A DNA stretch of 64,000 bases, from positions 260,191 through 324,190 of the forward strand of contig NMRA01000092.1 of NCBI GenBank assembly GCA_002633005.1. The letters are read 5' to 3'. A program made the translations under genes and the position numbers. Positions 1 to 12,000 of the stretch are shown here, piece by piece; positions within the stretch are counted from its first letter, which is position 1, and each line of letters starts with the position of its first letter. The stretch is from Phoronis australis (lineage: Eukaryota > Animalia > Phoronida). The notes below the pieces were generated by a model. It was not told where the DNA came from. It did no database searches and saw only the letters and a list, made by a program, of their open reading frames with translations.

Positions 1-3000
1 GAACAAAAGTAGATAGCGCCAGCCGTTAAACCGATACATACAGAAATGATTATCCACTTGGCAATTTTGTGCGAGACAAAATTGAAAAAGTATCCGCCGA
101 AGAATCCAGATATAAGAGTGACTTTGGATCGTTTACGTTCTTCTTCTCCGCCGGAGGATTTTTGAAGATTCTCGGTTGATTCGTTGCGGCGAAATGCATC
201 GTCGTCTTCTTCGTAAGACAACGAACCTGCTTCCTGTTTCAGACAGCAGCAAGACCGACAACAGCAACATACGTTCTTTTCAAAGTAGAGATGATGCGTG
301 ATGACAACCGTTGGGAAAAATACAATGACCGAAATATAGTTCACCAGAATTGTTGTGCCTGCAAATACCCCAAATGCCGACACAGAAAGAAGAGGTGAAA
401 ACCCGCTCACGAAGAAAGCTACCATGGTGGTCAATGACGTAACCAACATGGTTAAAGCCGCTCGTCGGAAACATTCCGATAAACGTTGTTCCAAAGTAAA
501 CGAAGGTTTATCAAGCAAACGCCACGTGTCGATGAAAACAAAAATGTCGTCTGCACCAACACCTAACACAATAAAAATGGCCAACACATTGAATATGCCA
601 AAGAACTTGAAATCAAAAACGAGATTATACACAAGGTTGCCGGCGACGAAACAGGTAACAACACTCAATAGACCCCATCCGGTTATCCACAGCGAAGACG
701 ACTGGAACCACATGAAGAAGAATATGAACAAAACGCTTCCCATAAGCCAATACCAGTCTTTGAACACTTGCCTGAACGCTTCTTGGTAGTACAAATTATT
801 TCCCAAAAATACGAAGCGTAAATCATCGAGACCTTTTCGGTAATGGTTTTTAAACCTAGGCACCAGATCTTTGTAAGCCCAGTTTTGCCATATTTTCATT
901 TCCTCTGCTCTGGACTTTTCCCATCGATCAAGAAATTCAGGATACGGACGGCCATAGTAGAGAAAGGAACGAGTGATGTCTGACTTAACAGACGAGTTTG
1001 TTATTGTAGCGTTCGAGCTAAGGAAATACTTGACCGTATCGCGGTGTTTTTCATGCCAGTAGGCTTTTGCTAATGATCCTGGCACGTCAGTGAAACTCGG
1101 ATCGTAAAGATCAGCATCCAGTGAGCCGTCAAAGACACGAAGTACGGAGAAGAAGGGCCGGCACTGATACGTATTGAAAATTGACATCAGTTGGCAGAAT
1201 CGTTTCTGAAACGTCTCGTTGTTGTAAAGATTATACTCCAGCTTCGCTATCGTTTTTAAATTTTCCTTCGTGAACACGTTTCCGCCCTCAACTTCGTATA
1301 TAACTTGTATCGTTGCCAGGTGGTATCTTCTTTCCCAGATATCATCCTCATCATCAGAGCTATTCGTTTCGCGTTTAGAACGGTGTAAAATTTCTCCACC
1401 TTCCACTTCGTCAGCCATCCATTGACGTTCTTGTGTTAGAGTGTATTCGAAGTCATCTAGAGGATTGACTGAATTTCGAAGTTTGTCCAGTGAAAGACGG
1501 AGGATATTCGCCGAACGTTTTCGACGCGTATCGGTCTTTTCGATCACTTGTCTTGCACCTGGAGGTTCCAGTTCTTCATCAGTATCCAAGTCACTGAACT
1601 TGTACGAATCCGCCTACCAAAAAGACAAAGTGAATCTAGCAACAACGTAACTAGCTGCATTTGAAATCCAAAATACTAGTAATAGTATCATTTACTTCGG
1701 TCAAACCATTCACTGTATGGGCGCACTGGCTCTAATATACAAATACGCACGTGCATATCAGACCATCCCGGCTTCCAACAAAGTATAATGCCACGAAGTG
1801 TTTATCTGTTGGGGTTTCCTGATGGTTCAACAAAGAGTGCGTTTGCTATCAAAAATGTTCACAAGTTTCCAGTGCGGTGTCGGATTTAAAGTTTCTTCGT
1901 TACCCCTAAGTTTTAAAATTTCTGAGGGCTATTGTATTTTGAGCTGCCGTCGTCACACTTCCTTCCATCGGACGTCACAATTTTCAAGCTACTCCCTAAC
2001 AGTCTCCACAATTGGTAGACCGCACCAAATTACGGGATTTCCCAAAACCTGATACATAAATGAAATTGTCGACATTGAATGTTAAAACCCAAGATCGTCG
2101 AAAATGGCTTTAGTAGTAAACGTTCTAGCTTTTCTTTAATTAGGTAACTTAAAATTCAAAAGACATTCTGATTACACCCATACATACGTCGAAAGTTGTA
2201 ATTTTAACCCTCGGATAACACACTGCAAAATTTTGACCATGATGGAAAATCGCTTCCATTGATAACGAGCTCAAACGTTGGAACAAGAATGGACGATACG
2301 AACTGCTAGTGTTACAGTTTACAGTGGCATTACAGTCGTGCTTTCTTTCAAAAAAAAACCGAGTAGTTCGTCATTTCTTCAGACCAAGGTCACAAAATTT
2401 CAGGTCACGCCATGTCCGTTGTTTACAAGCCAAGAAACCACACCTACTTTGACTAAGAAACAAGCTGTGACCAATTCCATAACGAAAAGCGGATTGAATA
2501 AAAACATTTTTTGACAAAAAGCTCGAGTTTAATGCCGCTTTAAGAACTTCAGTTTGTGGAAGTACATTAATAGTTGCTATAGTGGGAAGGCAAAGGTCAA
2601 AGTGTATGTAGGTAAGTGTACGACGGCTTTATACCAGTTAATAAAATGTGTTACAAAAACTTACCTCGTCTCGAAGAAAGTATTTATCGTGATTGATTTG
2701 CATTGGCAAATCGTTGAACACTAGCGGCAAGATGTCGTAATTGGCCGCAAACAAAACCCCTGTGATGGCACACATTAAGAGATGACCACCAAGAGTTAAC
2801 CCTGCAATTATAAATGAAGTTGGCGGTCACGGTAGAAAGGTACTAGAATGGTATGGAAATAACACTGCAGCAGACTCTAGCACTGAAACTGAGAAACAAC
2901 CACCTCACACATAACATAATCTTCTTGTTTTTTTCTTATTTATTTCTCATATATCACAATTGCTAGGTCGTTAATTTTGTTATTTGTTACGTAAGAGATC

Positions 3001-4035
3001 GTTCAGCTTCATCGCCGTTAATTCTTCGCTTAAAACCTTCAATAGTTTAGTTACGGTAATGAAAATAATTGAGATATGTTAACTAAAGTCCCGTGGCAAC
3101 GCGAATTAAATTCTTCTCAGGTTGAACGAAGTATTTTTATTTGTTATGGTGGCGATTGATGAAATTAAATTGTTTGTTCTGTGTCATACTGAAGCTACGT
3201 GAACAAAAAGGTTGTCTTCGATGACCTGTTTACAAAGATTTGTAAAAGTGCTTTAATCTAAAAACCCCCTTTACAAAATTTACCTACAAGTACCTAGCAC
3301 AGTGATGACAAAGCAGCAAGCTATGTCACTATAAATAATATATACATATGTGTGTGTGCGTGTGCGTGTGTGTGCGCGTGCGTGTGTGTATATATAGGCT
3401 GCAGTTTTGTGAGACCCCATGAAATCGTGATTCGCAACAGGTTGAACTTTAATACAGATTTCCGTGACATCTTGGAACCAATCTTGTGTTACCTCCTGAA
3501 GGTCAGCATCTTTTGTGCGCAAAGCAAAGGCGTGTATTCCATACAGGTACGCACGCGTAAGTCGCAGAAGGTAGAATCAAAGAATTGCGACGTTGTTTGA
3601 ATCGACGGTTTACATTCAACTATGATTTTGCCTGTAAAATGGCTTGGAAGCAATACAATGCACTTAAAAATCTACTGAGCCGATAAATACTCCAATCGAT
3701 TCATCGTATCGCGGAAGGGCCGGGATTTAAATCCTGGGATAACTATTCCCGTAATCCGTCGTAGTGGTTACTATACTACAATGATCCACCCTGGGATCGC
3801 ATTGTTAGCGTCCGACCCTTTCTGAGGATGCAAATCCCCTTTCCAACTGAAGCAAAATCAATATCTGAGCAGTCATTCAGTATGGGGACGAGCTTGGAAA
3901 ATAATTACCAAACATGAGCTTGGGCCGGTTGACGACCACTTTGCACCACCATATAACGTTGGCGTTATTGTGAGTTTCATCTTGCTCCGCCACCGGGTTT
4001 TGGTTGCTCACGTTCTCTGGATCAGGGTCAGACAT
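1..4035 (-). CDS. Dispatched-like (Patched/RND family, sterol-sensing domain) multipass membrane protein; 3' part runs off the window. Coding exons 4035-3909, 2801-2665 and 1613-<1
   Basis: Three exons with canonical GT-AG junctions and matching phases: MSDPDPENV...WWCKVVVNRPKLMF / GLTLGGHLLMCAITGVLFAANY...FLRDE / ADSYKFSD.... The large exon contains SSD helices GIFNVLAIFIVLGVGADDIFVFIDTW and RAALTMLVTSLTTMVAFFVSGFSPLLSVSAFGVFAGTTILVNYISVIVFFP; the GxxxDD motif is typical of Dispatched. The ORF track misses it because no stop lies inside the window. Confidence 0.88.
3348..3397. repeat. (GT/GC)n and (AT)n microsatellite in an intron of the Dispatched-like gene
   Basis: tgtgtgtgtgcgtgtgcgtgtgtgtgcgcgtgcgtgtgtgtatatata. 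Confidence 0.9.
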
Positions 4036-5889
4036 ACTCTGAAATATGTTAGAACAGGCGACATGTATGTGCGTGCCAATTAATAATGCATATTTCGTAG
4101 CATGCCAGAACCGGGAAATCGCCCTAGCAGACTAAAAATAAAAATTGAATTAGACCTTCAGCAGTCTCGTGTCATACAATACTGTTATAGGATTGTGTTT
4201 CCATGTGAAAGCATGAGCGATTAAAAAACGCCTCAAAGTATATTGGTGGTATTGTCTAATCCTAAAATTGCCGGCGATTTCGAAAATGGCGCATGCTACG
4301 CACAGACCTAGCTATATGACTTGAATTGATAATTATATATCACAGTAAGGTAGGGCCTATGCATTCTAGACCAATTTTATGAGCGAATAAGGCCTAATTC
4401 GATTTTCGTGTTTAGAACCTTTACTCCATGTTGCTCGTGGCCCGTGTTCTTATTTATCGCAGGATTCTCCATATATGAACATGGCGGATCTACTAACCAT
4501 AACACATCTGAATATACAAATCATTTGTCCAGTACGACGACACAGGCACAAGTACTTCCGTCATGAACTTACGTCATATGTAAATGAGCTTTGACAGATA
4601 CGTTTGTAGTGTTTCCACAGTACCGCATTTAATACTCACATCCGTTTATTTTTAGGTAATCCTCATGACAAACCTCGGCTAACAAACGTCCGACAAGCGA
4701 TCTGTGCGACATAACACAATATGGCGACTTCATTGGTTATTTAACAAGTTGAACCTTCTATTGTTAATCTTACTATGAGTGCGTATGCACCAAGTATGCA
4801 AGCCCGGTTGTCACTGTGCCGGTCTTGTGCGAGGGCTAAGTTGAATTGCAGGTCAACAATGACGCAAATAGGAGCAGCTAGTCACGGTGGAAACCAGCTA
4901 TTACAATGGGCGAGCAAACTTACACACAAGTCAATAAGAATCTCACATGTCATGAGGCTTTACCTATATTGCGATGTAGACTAGCGTATGAAGGTATCAC
5001 TGCATTGAAAAATCAGTTTTGCCACTGAAAGACATTCAGTTCATGCCAAAGTAGTGCAGGCCAAGACCTTGACTGATGCCTCGCGATCGAGGCATATCCC
5101 GGCAGTACTGAGCTTACATGCGCAACTATAAAAACCTTAAAACGACAGTAAAACCGGGCTTACTGTCAAACTTGAAAACAGTTTTGATTTAGCCCACTTA
5201 CAATTACGAAGTTGGTCTCAGTCAAATTGTTCCCTAGTCAAGAGATTAATGTTGGTCTTAAAAAAAGAATCGGTTATTCCCGACTCGCCCAGAAAACACT
5301 TTCACACGGAGTAAAGAACAAGAAAAGACTATAGTCTAATTCAATATTTGTTTTACCGAAAGCACGTGTTTACAGCCGCTTTATTATCTCGCAGGAACAC
5401 CTTTCTAAAATCCATAGTCCGCAGCATTTTTTTACCATGAACCACAGTATATAGCAGCCTACTAATTCGGTTTAAATAATTTGACTATTACATACGTTTG
5501 AAAAAACAAGCTATGACCAAAAAGCACTTGTCACCATTAACTTTTAGTGGTATCCCGTCAGGAGCACTCCAGTTTCGACGGCAGCCTGCACCATTGCAAG
5601 TCAGATACACGTGGCCCTAGGTCAAGTGACCCATAGGTCCTCAAATCTATGAGCCAGTTTGAAGAAGTATGTTTCACGTTACCGGTGTCGAATGTCCGCC
5701 TTTTTCGATATAATTTTTGGGGTTAGCATTTAAATATGCATGGTATCGTCTTTTACGCGATTGGTGATTGGTCTAAACGGATAACCGCATCTAAACACAT
5801 GAATCCGCAGTTGAGATCTACATTTTCGCAATGTGATAGACCCCATTTGGCTAAAATTGTTTGTTTCGATCAGCTGCTACTAAAAATTC

Positions 5890-6004
5890 TTACACGAGTG
5901 GGGGACCCCCCCCTTCCGACCTCCCCCCGTTCGACGCTACGTACCTCGGGATTCGCGCGAATTCTAACCTCCCCTCTTACTGAAAACATATAGATCCGCC
6001 TCTG
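5890..6004 (-). mobile_element. Terminus of a hAT-like MITE (CAGRGGCGGATCTA end)
   Basis: The reverse complement cagaggcggatctatatgttttcagtaagaggggagg matches 15818-15905 (caggggcggatctacgttttcagtaagggggggttt). The superfamily call rests on the terminal motif only. Confidence 0.55.
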
Positions 6005-6149
6005 TTTTACGTAACATAATTAGAAGGGTGCTAGATATCTTGTGTGCATATTTTCATAGCGAACAAGGGCTTCCTGATGACCACTTTTATATTAAAAGCA
6101 GTCCAATTAAAACATTAGAAAAGTTTTTCCTGGACAAGAGAAATCCATT

Positions 6150-6246
6150 ACAGCCACCAGGTGGCACGGTATATTGCGATAGAAGGCGCTGCATTCTTAG
6201 CAATATGGCAGCTTCCATTGAACTCTCTTCACTCCTTCAGGTAAAT
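6150..6246 (+). promoter_or_regulatory. Putative promoter or first exon of a plus-strand transcript, possibly the 7TM gene
   Basis: CTCF-like CCACCAGGTGGCAC at 6154, YY1-like aatATGGCAGC at about 6202 and a strong donor CAG|GTAAAT at 6240/6241. Candidate acceptors lie downstream at about 8812, 9262 and 9965. Confidence 0.35.
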
Positions 6247-6435
6247 TGTTTTTGTAGTACGAATCTAAACAGTGATGAAAAAACTCTAGCCATAGCCACT
6301 GATATAAGCGGATCCAAGGCTGTTTAGGTTTTCTGGTACCTCGCACTTTTAAAGCACGGGATTATCTCGTACTGCCTACTTATCTCGTTCGTTTTGAACA
6401 CTCAATCAACACTAATTTGTCATCAAGACATTACT

Positions 6436-7374
6436 TAGGCAATGACCATCGCCTGCCCTCTGTTGGCCCGAAGCAGAGGTGATGCAGAAGCTATAGGCGC
6501 TCTGTACGCCGGAAGCTTTTCGGCAAATTATGCCTCGCACCGTCTAAACCATCAAAGTCACGTTGTTATAAATACCTTTTGCGCATAGAGGAACACCTTA
6601 GGAGCTTGTCGGTGTGTTTAATTCCTTCCAACTCGAACAAATACTCCCGTTATGAAACTTTTTCTTCGAGCAATCCCTATTTCAGTTCCCAAAATCATGA
6701 AATCAACTTTTTCATTTTTTTAACCAGGCCGAAGGTCAGAAGTTGCGGACCTACCGGCAAACTTTGAAAGCTGAAGTTCCCGCCCTTCGCGTATGTGCTG
6801 CCGGGAACCAGCCGTGCATTTGCCGTGTTGTTAAACATTAAAATGTCAAATATGTGCTCAAAGACTATTAAATGTCATATCAACAGCATTTATTTTTATC
6901 AAATACAAAAAATGATTCATTGAAATACAATCAGTTTCAAGTAACGCCAATTAAAGACAAGTATAAGTGGTGGCATTTTGGAAACGAACATTTGACTGAC
7001 AAGACCGCAATGGCTCACCTTTGGCCTATTTAAAGATTGAGGTCATGAATTCACATCACCTAGCGAGCCCGGTAAAAATTGGAGCGTGCGCAGTATAAAA
7101 ATGGTGAGTTCACGATTTTGGGAACTGAAATAGGGATCTTTTTGCTAGAAGAAAAAGTTTGATAATGGGAGTATTTGTTCGAGTTGGAAGGAATTAAACA
7201 CATCGACAATCTCCTCAGGTGTTTCTCTTTGCGCAAAAGGTATTTATAACAACGTGACTTTGATAGTTTAGTCGGTGCGAGGCATAATTCGCCGAAAAGC
7301 TTCCGGCGTACAGAGCGCCTATAGCCTCTGCATCGCCTCTGCTTCGGGCCAACAGAGGCGATGGTCATTGCCTA
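6436..7374. mobile_element. Non-autonomous Mutator-like (foldback) element, 939 bp, with ~270-bp TIRs and a 9-bp TSD GACATTACT
   Basis: The element runs TAGGCAATGACCATCGCC...GGCGATGGTCATTGCCTA. Arms 6436-~6705 and ~7105-7374 are highly similar inverted copies. GACATTACT sits at 6427-6435 and 7375-7383. Confidence 0.85.
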
Positions 7375-7454
7375 GACATTACTTAGACAGTGAGTAGTGA
7401 CCACCGTCTCTACCTGGCCTGTAGAGACAGTGTAGCTCCTGCAGGAGCTTCATA

Positions 7455-7700
7455 TGCTGGAAGCTTTTTGACGAATTGTGCTTCACACCCATCGTTGCAC
7501 CTTTTGCACATAGAGCAACAGCTTAGGAGCAGTGTTTGACCTTCGCTTCACTCAGCAAATAAATGTGCTGGCTCACCTGGCCAATTACTTGAACGCTGCT
7601 CATGAGGCCGTCGATGTCTAATTATTTCCAACTCGAACAAATGCTACCGTTACCAAACTTTTTCTTTGAGCAGTCCCTCGTTCAGTTCTAAAAATCAGTA
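7455..7700 (+). repeat. Older, diverged copy of the Mutator-like TIR sequence
   Basis: ggaagctttttgacgaattgtgcttcacac and ttccaactcgaacaaatgctaccgttaccaaactttttctt resemble 6510-6700. Confidence 0.6.
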
Positions 7701-10056
7701 ACTGGCTATAATCACACTGCTCATGCCAGGGGATATGGCTTCATACCACCTGCCACATGCAGTGTTAAAATTAGTCCCAATTCACTGAAAAGCTTGCGTC
7801 TCTATTGAGCCAGCTAGAGACGATGCTCACCCGTCTACACTGTCATTGACATGGTATTAATGCCAAGTGAACAGTGAACACACGTCTCACCGGGATTTGG
7901 CAAGACCCTGGTTGTGGTATAAAAGTGTGTATAAAAATATACACTGTGGATCATAACTGCCTAAAAAGTGAGTGAGATAGCATAAAACACTTTTACATAA
8001 TTCATAGGCGAGGAGAACCATGATGCCTATGGATTTGCGGCACTAGTCGGATATATACTAGTAATGTACCCTGAATTAGAGAACTAGGCAATCACTGAAT
8101 AACAGCCGTTATTTAGTGGATGAAACAGGTTAATTTGGGTCCATTGTATCCGACAAGTGCCGGATTTCCTAAGCAGTAGCCTGGGATAAATTTTCAAATT
8201 TATTAAATACACCCAGGTTCTAATTAATCATGCATGTATCAATCACACACTTATATTTTTTAAACAGTGGCGGTAAACATAGCCAAAAGATAAGTTCTAA
8301 AAGCTGCAAAGTTGCAAATACAAGCAACATAGATGCACACAACGTTCTGGTTATGGCATTACTGAAACTTGGCAGTAAAAACTTTAACTTTAACGTGTTT
8401 CTCATGCAAGTAAGTGCAAAATTTCACTCCTCCGAAGGATAAACCTGCTTGTCCAAACCACTTAATGTCTGAACCACATTAGATCTGGGTATACAAATTG
8501 ACTGTTCTAATTAACTACTAGCCCGTTGGCATTCTTCTGTGAAATTTCAATTGCCCGATGTAACAAAAGCTACTTGCTGTCGGGCTGTCGGGGGTACTGT
8601 TAGTATCAAGCCCTGGTTACAATACTACACTCAGAGATTCAGCATCTTCACACCACGAATATTTAAATGGCACACAAGATCTCAGCAGACGACTGCGGTT
8701 TATGTATTGGTCTCTTCACAAGCGTTCAAATTTACACTTGTACACCAGATCAATTATTTATAAATACAACGCAAAAATATTGCTCTTTTAACGTAATCTT
8801 ATTATATTTCAGATATCAATTATGAAGTTAGGATAGAATGGCCATGGCTCAGGAGAATAGGGTTCACTATATCCAGGCCACACTGGCGGGGGAATTTCTG
8901 TATCTGTAACTATGGGAAATAGTTTTTCATTGTTTTGTACAATGGGTCTACTTCAAGCCTAGTTAATAAACCCGTTGTTTAGTAACAATCCCGTGGCTAC
9001 CCTTGTAACGAGAACCCTAAAGTAATAATGTACAGCATTTTTGATCTTTGTTTTGGGGATCTTGTTATATTGCATTGGGTCTCCGTTGTGTAGTTCATGT
9101 CAGCCTTGATTCATGCACTACATGGATGTGTCAAGGAATGGCCGTATGACAAATGTACCATCTTGCATAATTTGAATGATCTGTAAAATACGATCATGTT
9201 TTTCAGTGTCCCTTTATTTAATTGTTCATAAAACATCTAATCTAAGAGAAATAATTTTTCAGACTGGTACAAGGAGTTGTCCTAGAGTTTACGCTTGAGC
9301 CCCCGCATGTTCTCGAAAAAGCGCCGTGTGTGCATGTGTGGGCTTGTATATGCACATAATTTTCCAAGATTTCAGTAAAAACGCCCAAGGCACAGATACA
9401 GACATTCCCAGTACAAGTTTTGTTTTGTTTGATTCACTTCACCGGTTTTAATTTTCAATATTTGTTACTGTTGTGTTCGATTTGATTTTAGCCACTTCAC
9501 ATGGTGTTAGATTTCTTTACGTAGTTACGTCTATTTGTCTTTTATTTCATTCACACTAATTGTCGCCATTTCTCTTAATGTCTTCATTCCTTAGCTTAAG
9601 ATATTTTATCCATTTTAACAAAAGCAGGGAGACCTGAGATTACACAATAAGACTGTCTTGTTTTTAAACTTTGAATTGATCGTAGTTTAGGTGAGGTGCA
9701 AAAACGTTTTGTAATTTCTGGCTATTGTGGTCTTGTTGTCAAATTGTTGTCTCCTTATACCTTACATGAAACTCATAAGCACCCCTGATATTTTTGCTGC
9801 CCTTGTTTTTTAAGTCGACCCATGGAAACACGTGTTACTGACCTTTAGTTCATCCAAATCAGTTTGAGACACTATGGGTCAATTGAATTGTCTTCACGCT
9901 ATTTTTAAAATGACGCTTGATACTATTGAAAAAGAATAAAACTAATGGAGCTCTTGTATTTGTAGATAAACTAGATATTTGATGGAGGACAACTGATGGA
10001 TAAGGACAAGTACACACTGCAGAGCGTCACATGACAGTTACTACAGGGACGTCAAG

Positions 10057-10854
10057 ATGGACGTTGGCATGCAAACATGGTGGAATGCAGGTTTTCATTG
10101 GCTATTCACTTTACTATTTGCTTTCATGTTGGTGACGTGCTTGAAATATTTATGGCAACGTCGAGCAGCATACTGTAGTTGTCCCAAGAGTTGGCTGTTT
10201 TTGTTCACCTGTGTCTCTGTGGTATGTGTGAATGGTGTTTACATGGTGTACCACTTGATGAGAGCCTGTCAAAGAGTAAGGAACTTCATGTATCTTTCCA
10301 AGTTCTTGTGTACAGTTCACGGCAATATGATGCATGCTGTTAATGTATACTATACTCTTGTCTGCTGTCTCGTTCACTTGGACCTGGTGAAATGCGGAGT
10401 GACTACAAAGTTGAAAGGAATTGCTATGATCGTGTTAGTATTGAGCACACCATTCCTGATAAGTGTCTGTTTGACACTCGACATTGATTGGTACGTATTT
10501 GTGCTATCGAGAGTGCCTGGCTGTTGTGTACGACTGGCGATGAATTCCAGGAGTCTGGCTATGCTGGAGTTTGTGGTCACGGTCATCCCAACCACTTTTG
10601 TCGTGACTATGAACATGTGGCGGATATCAGTCTGGTTTAGTAATTATGCTAATTCACAGTGCACGCACAGAGCTTGGGTTGGAATTATAGCCTGTCTTAA
10701 TATGAATTTTATATGGATAGCAGTATTCAAATTGCCGTCAACTATTTACACTCAGCAAATGTACTTTGATGATACCAGTAGTTCTGCCATTGCTATATTT
10801 TCGTCATTATTTATGACAGGTATATTGAAACCAGGATTAAAACTAAATCTGTAG
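10057..10854 (+). CDS. Intronless divergent seven-transmembrane (GPCR-like) orphan protein, 265 aa
   Basis: 798-bp ORF with a good Kozak context (aagATGG) and about seven hydrophobic segments. A Cys at the top of TM3 (FLCTV) and Cys in the second extracellular loop (PGCC) match the class-A disulfide pattern. There is no DRY or NPxxY. Confidence 0.7.
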   Translation: MDVGMQTWWNAGFHWLFTLLFAFMLVTCLKYLWQRRAAYCSCPKSWLFLFTCVSVVCVNGVYMVYHLMRACQRVRNFMYLSKFLCTVHGNMMHAVNVYYTLVCCLVHLDLVKCGVTTKLKGIAMIVLVLSTPFLISVCLTLDIDWYVFVLSRVPGCCVRLAMNSRSLAMLEFVVTVIPTTFVVTMNMWRISVWFSNYANSQCTHRAWVGIIACLNMNFIWIAVFKLPSTIYTQQMYFDDTSSSAIAIFSSLFMTGILKPGLKLNL

Positions 10855-11199
10855 TATGTAGTTCTATTGTCAGTGTAAGGTATGCCATGTGTCAGCCAGT
10901 GTTCATGTATTGTGTTGATCTAAATGTATGAATTTATAATTTCTAAATTGATTATCATGTTATTTATGTTATTTGTAATCTAAAATTTACTTTGTACAGT
11001 ATTCTAAATTGACTTGGTGGCCTCTGATATTAGCAGTTTTTTAGAGTCACTGAGTGATATTTTTGGGAATGTTAAATATACGTTTCTGTCTTTGCAGTGC
11101 TTAAGAAATTTTATGGTGCTAATTATCCACGCAAGTTTTATAAAATTAATAATCTAGTGCCTGAATGGCTGAATTTGCTTTACATACATTAATTTTGCT

Positions 11200-11292
11200 C
11201 TTTTTAGACCTTATTAGGCTCTCACATATGCGAGAGCATATTGCTGTCATCTCCGTCTGTCCAGCCCCCTTGACGAATATTCATGAAATTTT
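11200..11292 (+). mobile_element. Degenerate 5' end of a HINE/Helentron-type element
   Basis: gctctcacatatgcgagagcatattgctgtcatctccgtctgtcc...attcatgaaattt resembles the reverse complement of 16060-16172. Confidence 0.5.
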
Positions 11293-11299
11293 CTAGCAA

Positions 11300-12000
11300 T
11301 TGCTTTAAATTTGTTAAGGTCATCCCACACGTTTTATGATTTAATGATTTTGTCACACGTAGCACTAGACTGTAGACTTCAAGGTAGAAATGATCTTATG
11401 AACCATTTGTTAGAGGCCAGCGGGACAAACTTGGATTGCCTTACAGAATTGGCAAGAGGGAGATAGCTGTCAGAAGAAGATATATTTGAATTAGCATTGT
11501 GTTGTAGATATTGACCAATGTAGTGAAGAATTTGTTGAATTATTCCACATTGGAAACATAGTCATGACCTGTCACTGTTTTTAAACAACGTATCCAGAGC
11601 AGACGGAGTAGATTTTCTATTGAGAGTTACTATTTATTGTATCGCAAGTTTTGTTATTGCCCTTTTGATGTAGTTCAAATTCCTTTAAATAATGTAACTG
11701 TTGAGCAAGGCGTACCTTTTTGAAGTTGTTGAAAGTTTTGAAATATGTATAGATTTTGAAGTTTTATATTAGCTTATTTCTAAATGGTATTGCAGAGCCT
11801 GATGTTATGTGTTATCCAGTTGTTGGCCTTGTGTATCTTTTGGTTGAACTGAACTATTTTAGAACATCTACAGAGTTTTTTCTCTAACTCTTGGAATTTA
11901 TTCAAGAGGAAAGAATAAGTGTTATGGGAATTTTTGCAGAAATCTGAGTTTAGAATATTTAGAGAATTCAACTGAGTCTAAATCACTTACTCTGGATTTA
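11300..12000 (-). mobile_element. Degraded LINE (CR1/L2-like) ORF2 linker remnant
   Basis: Minus-strand fragments KANNWITHNIRL...RNKL, KKVRLAQQLHY.KEFE, FNKFFTT and VHKIISTLKS follow the order of the endonuclease-to-RT linker motifs (PWIT..., ANxFNxFF, EVxxII). They are broken by stops and frameshifts. Confidence 0.5.

Noticed and set aside
355-789. 144-aa plus-strand ORF
   Set aside because: Antisense shadow of the Dispatched-like SSD exon.
3281-3330. Possible small extra Dispatched exon (DIACCFVITVL)
   Set aside because: Exons 4035-3909 and 2801-2665 already join in phase into a sensible TM1 region; nothing supports inclusion.
6579-7368. Two similar ORFs on opposite strands (...CLIPSNSNKYS...)
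   Set aside because: Both come from the TIRs of the foldback element.
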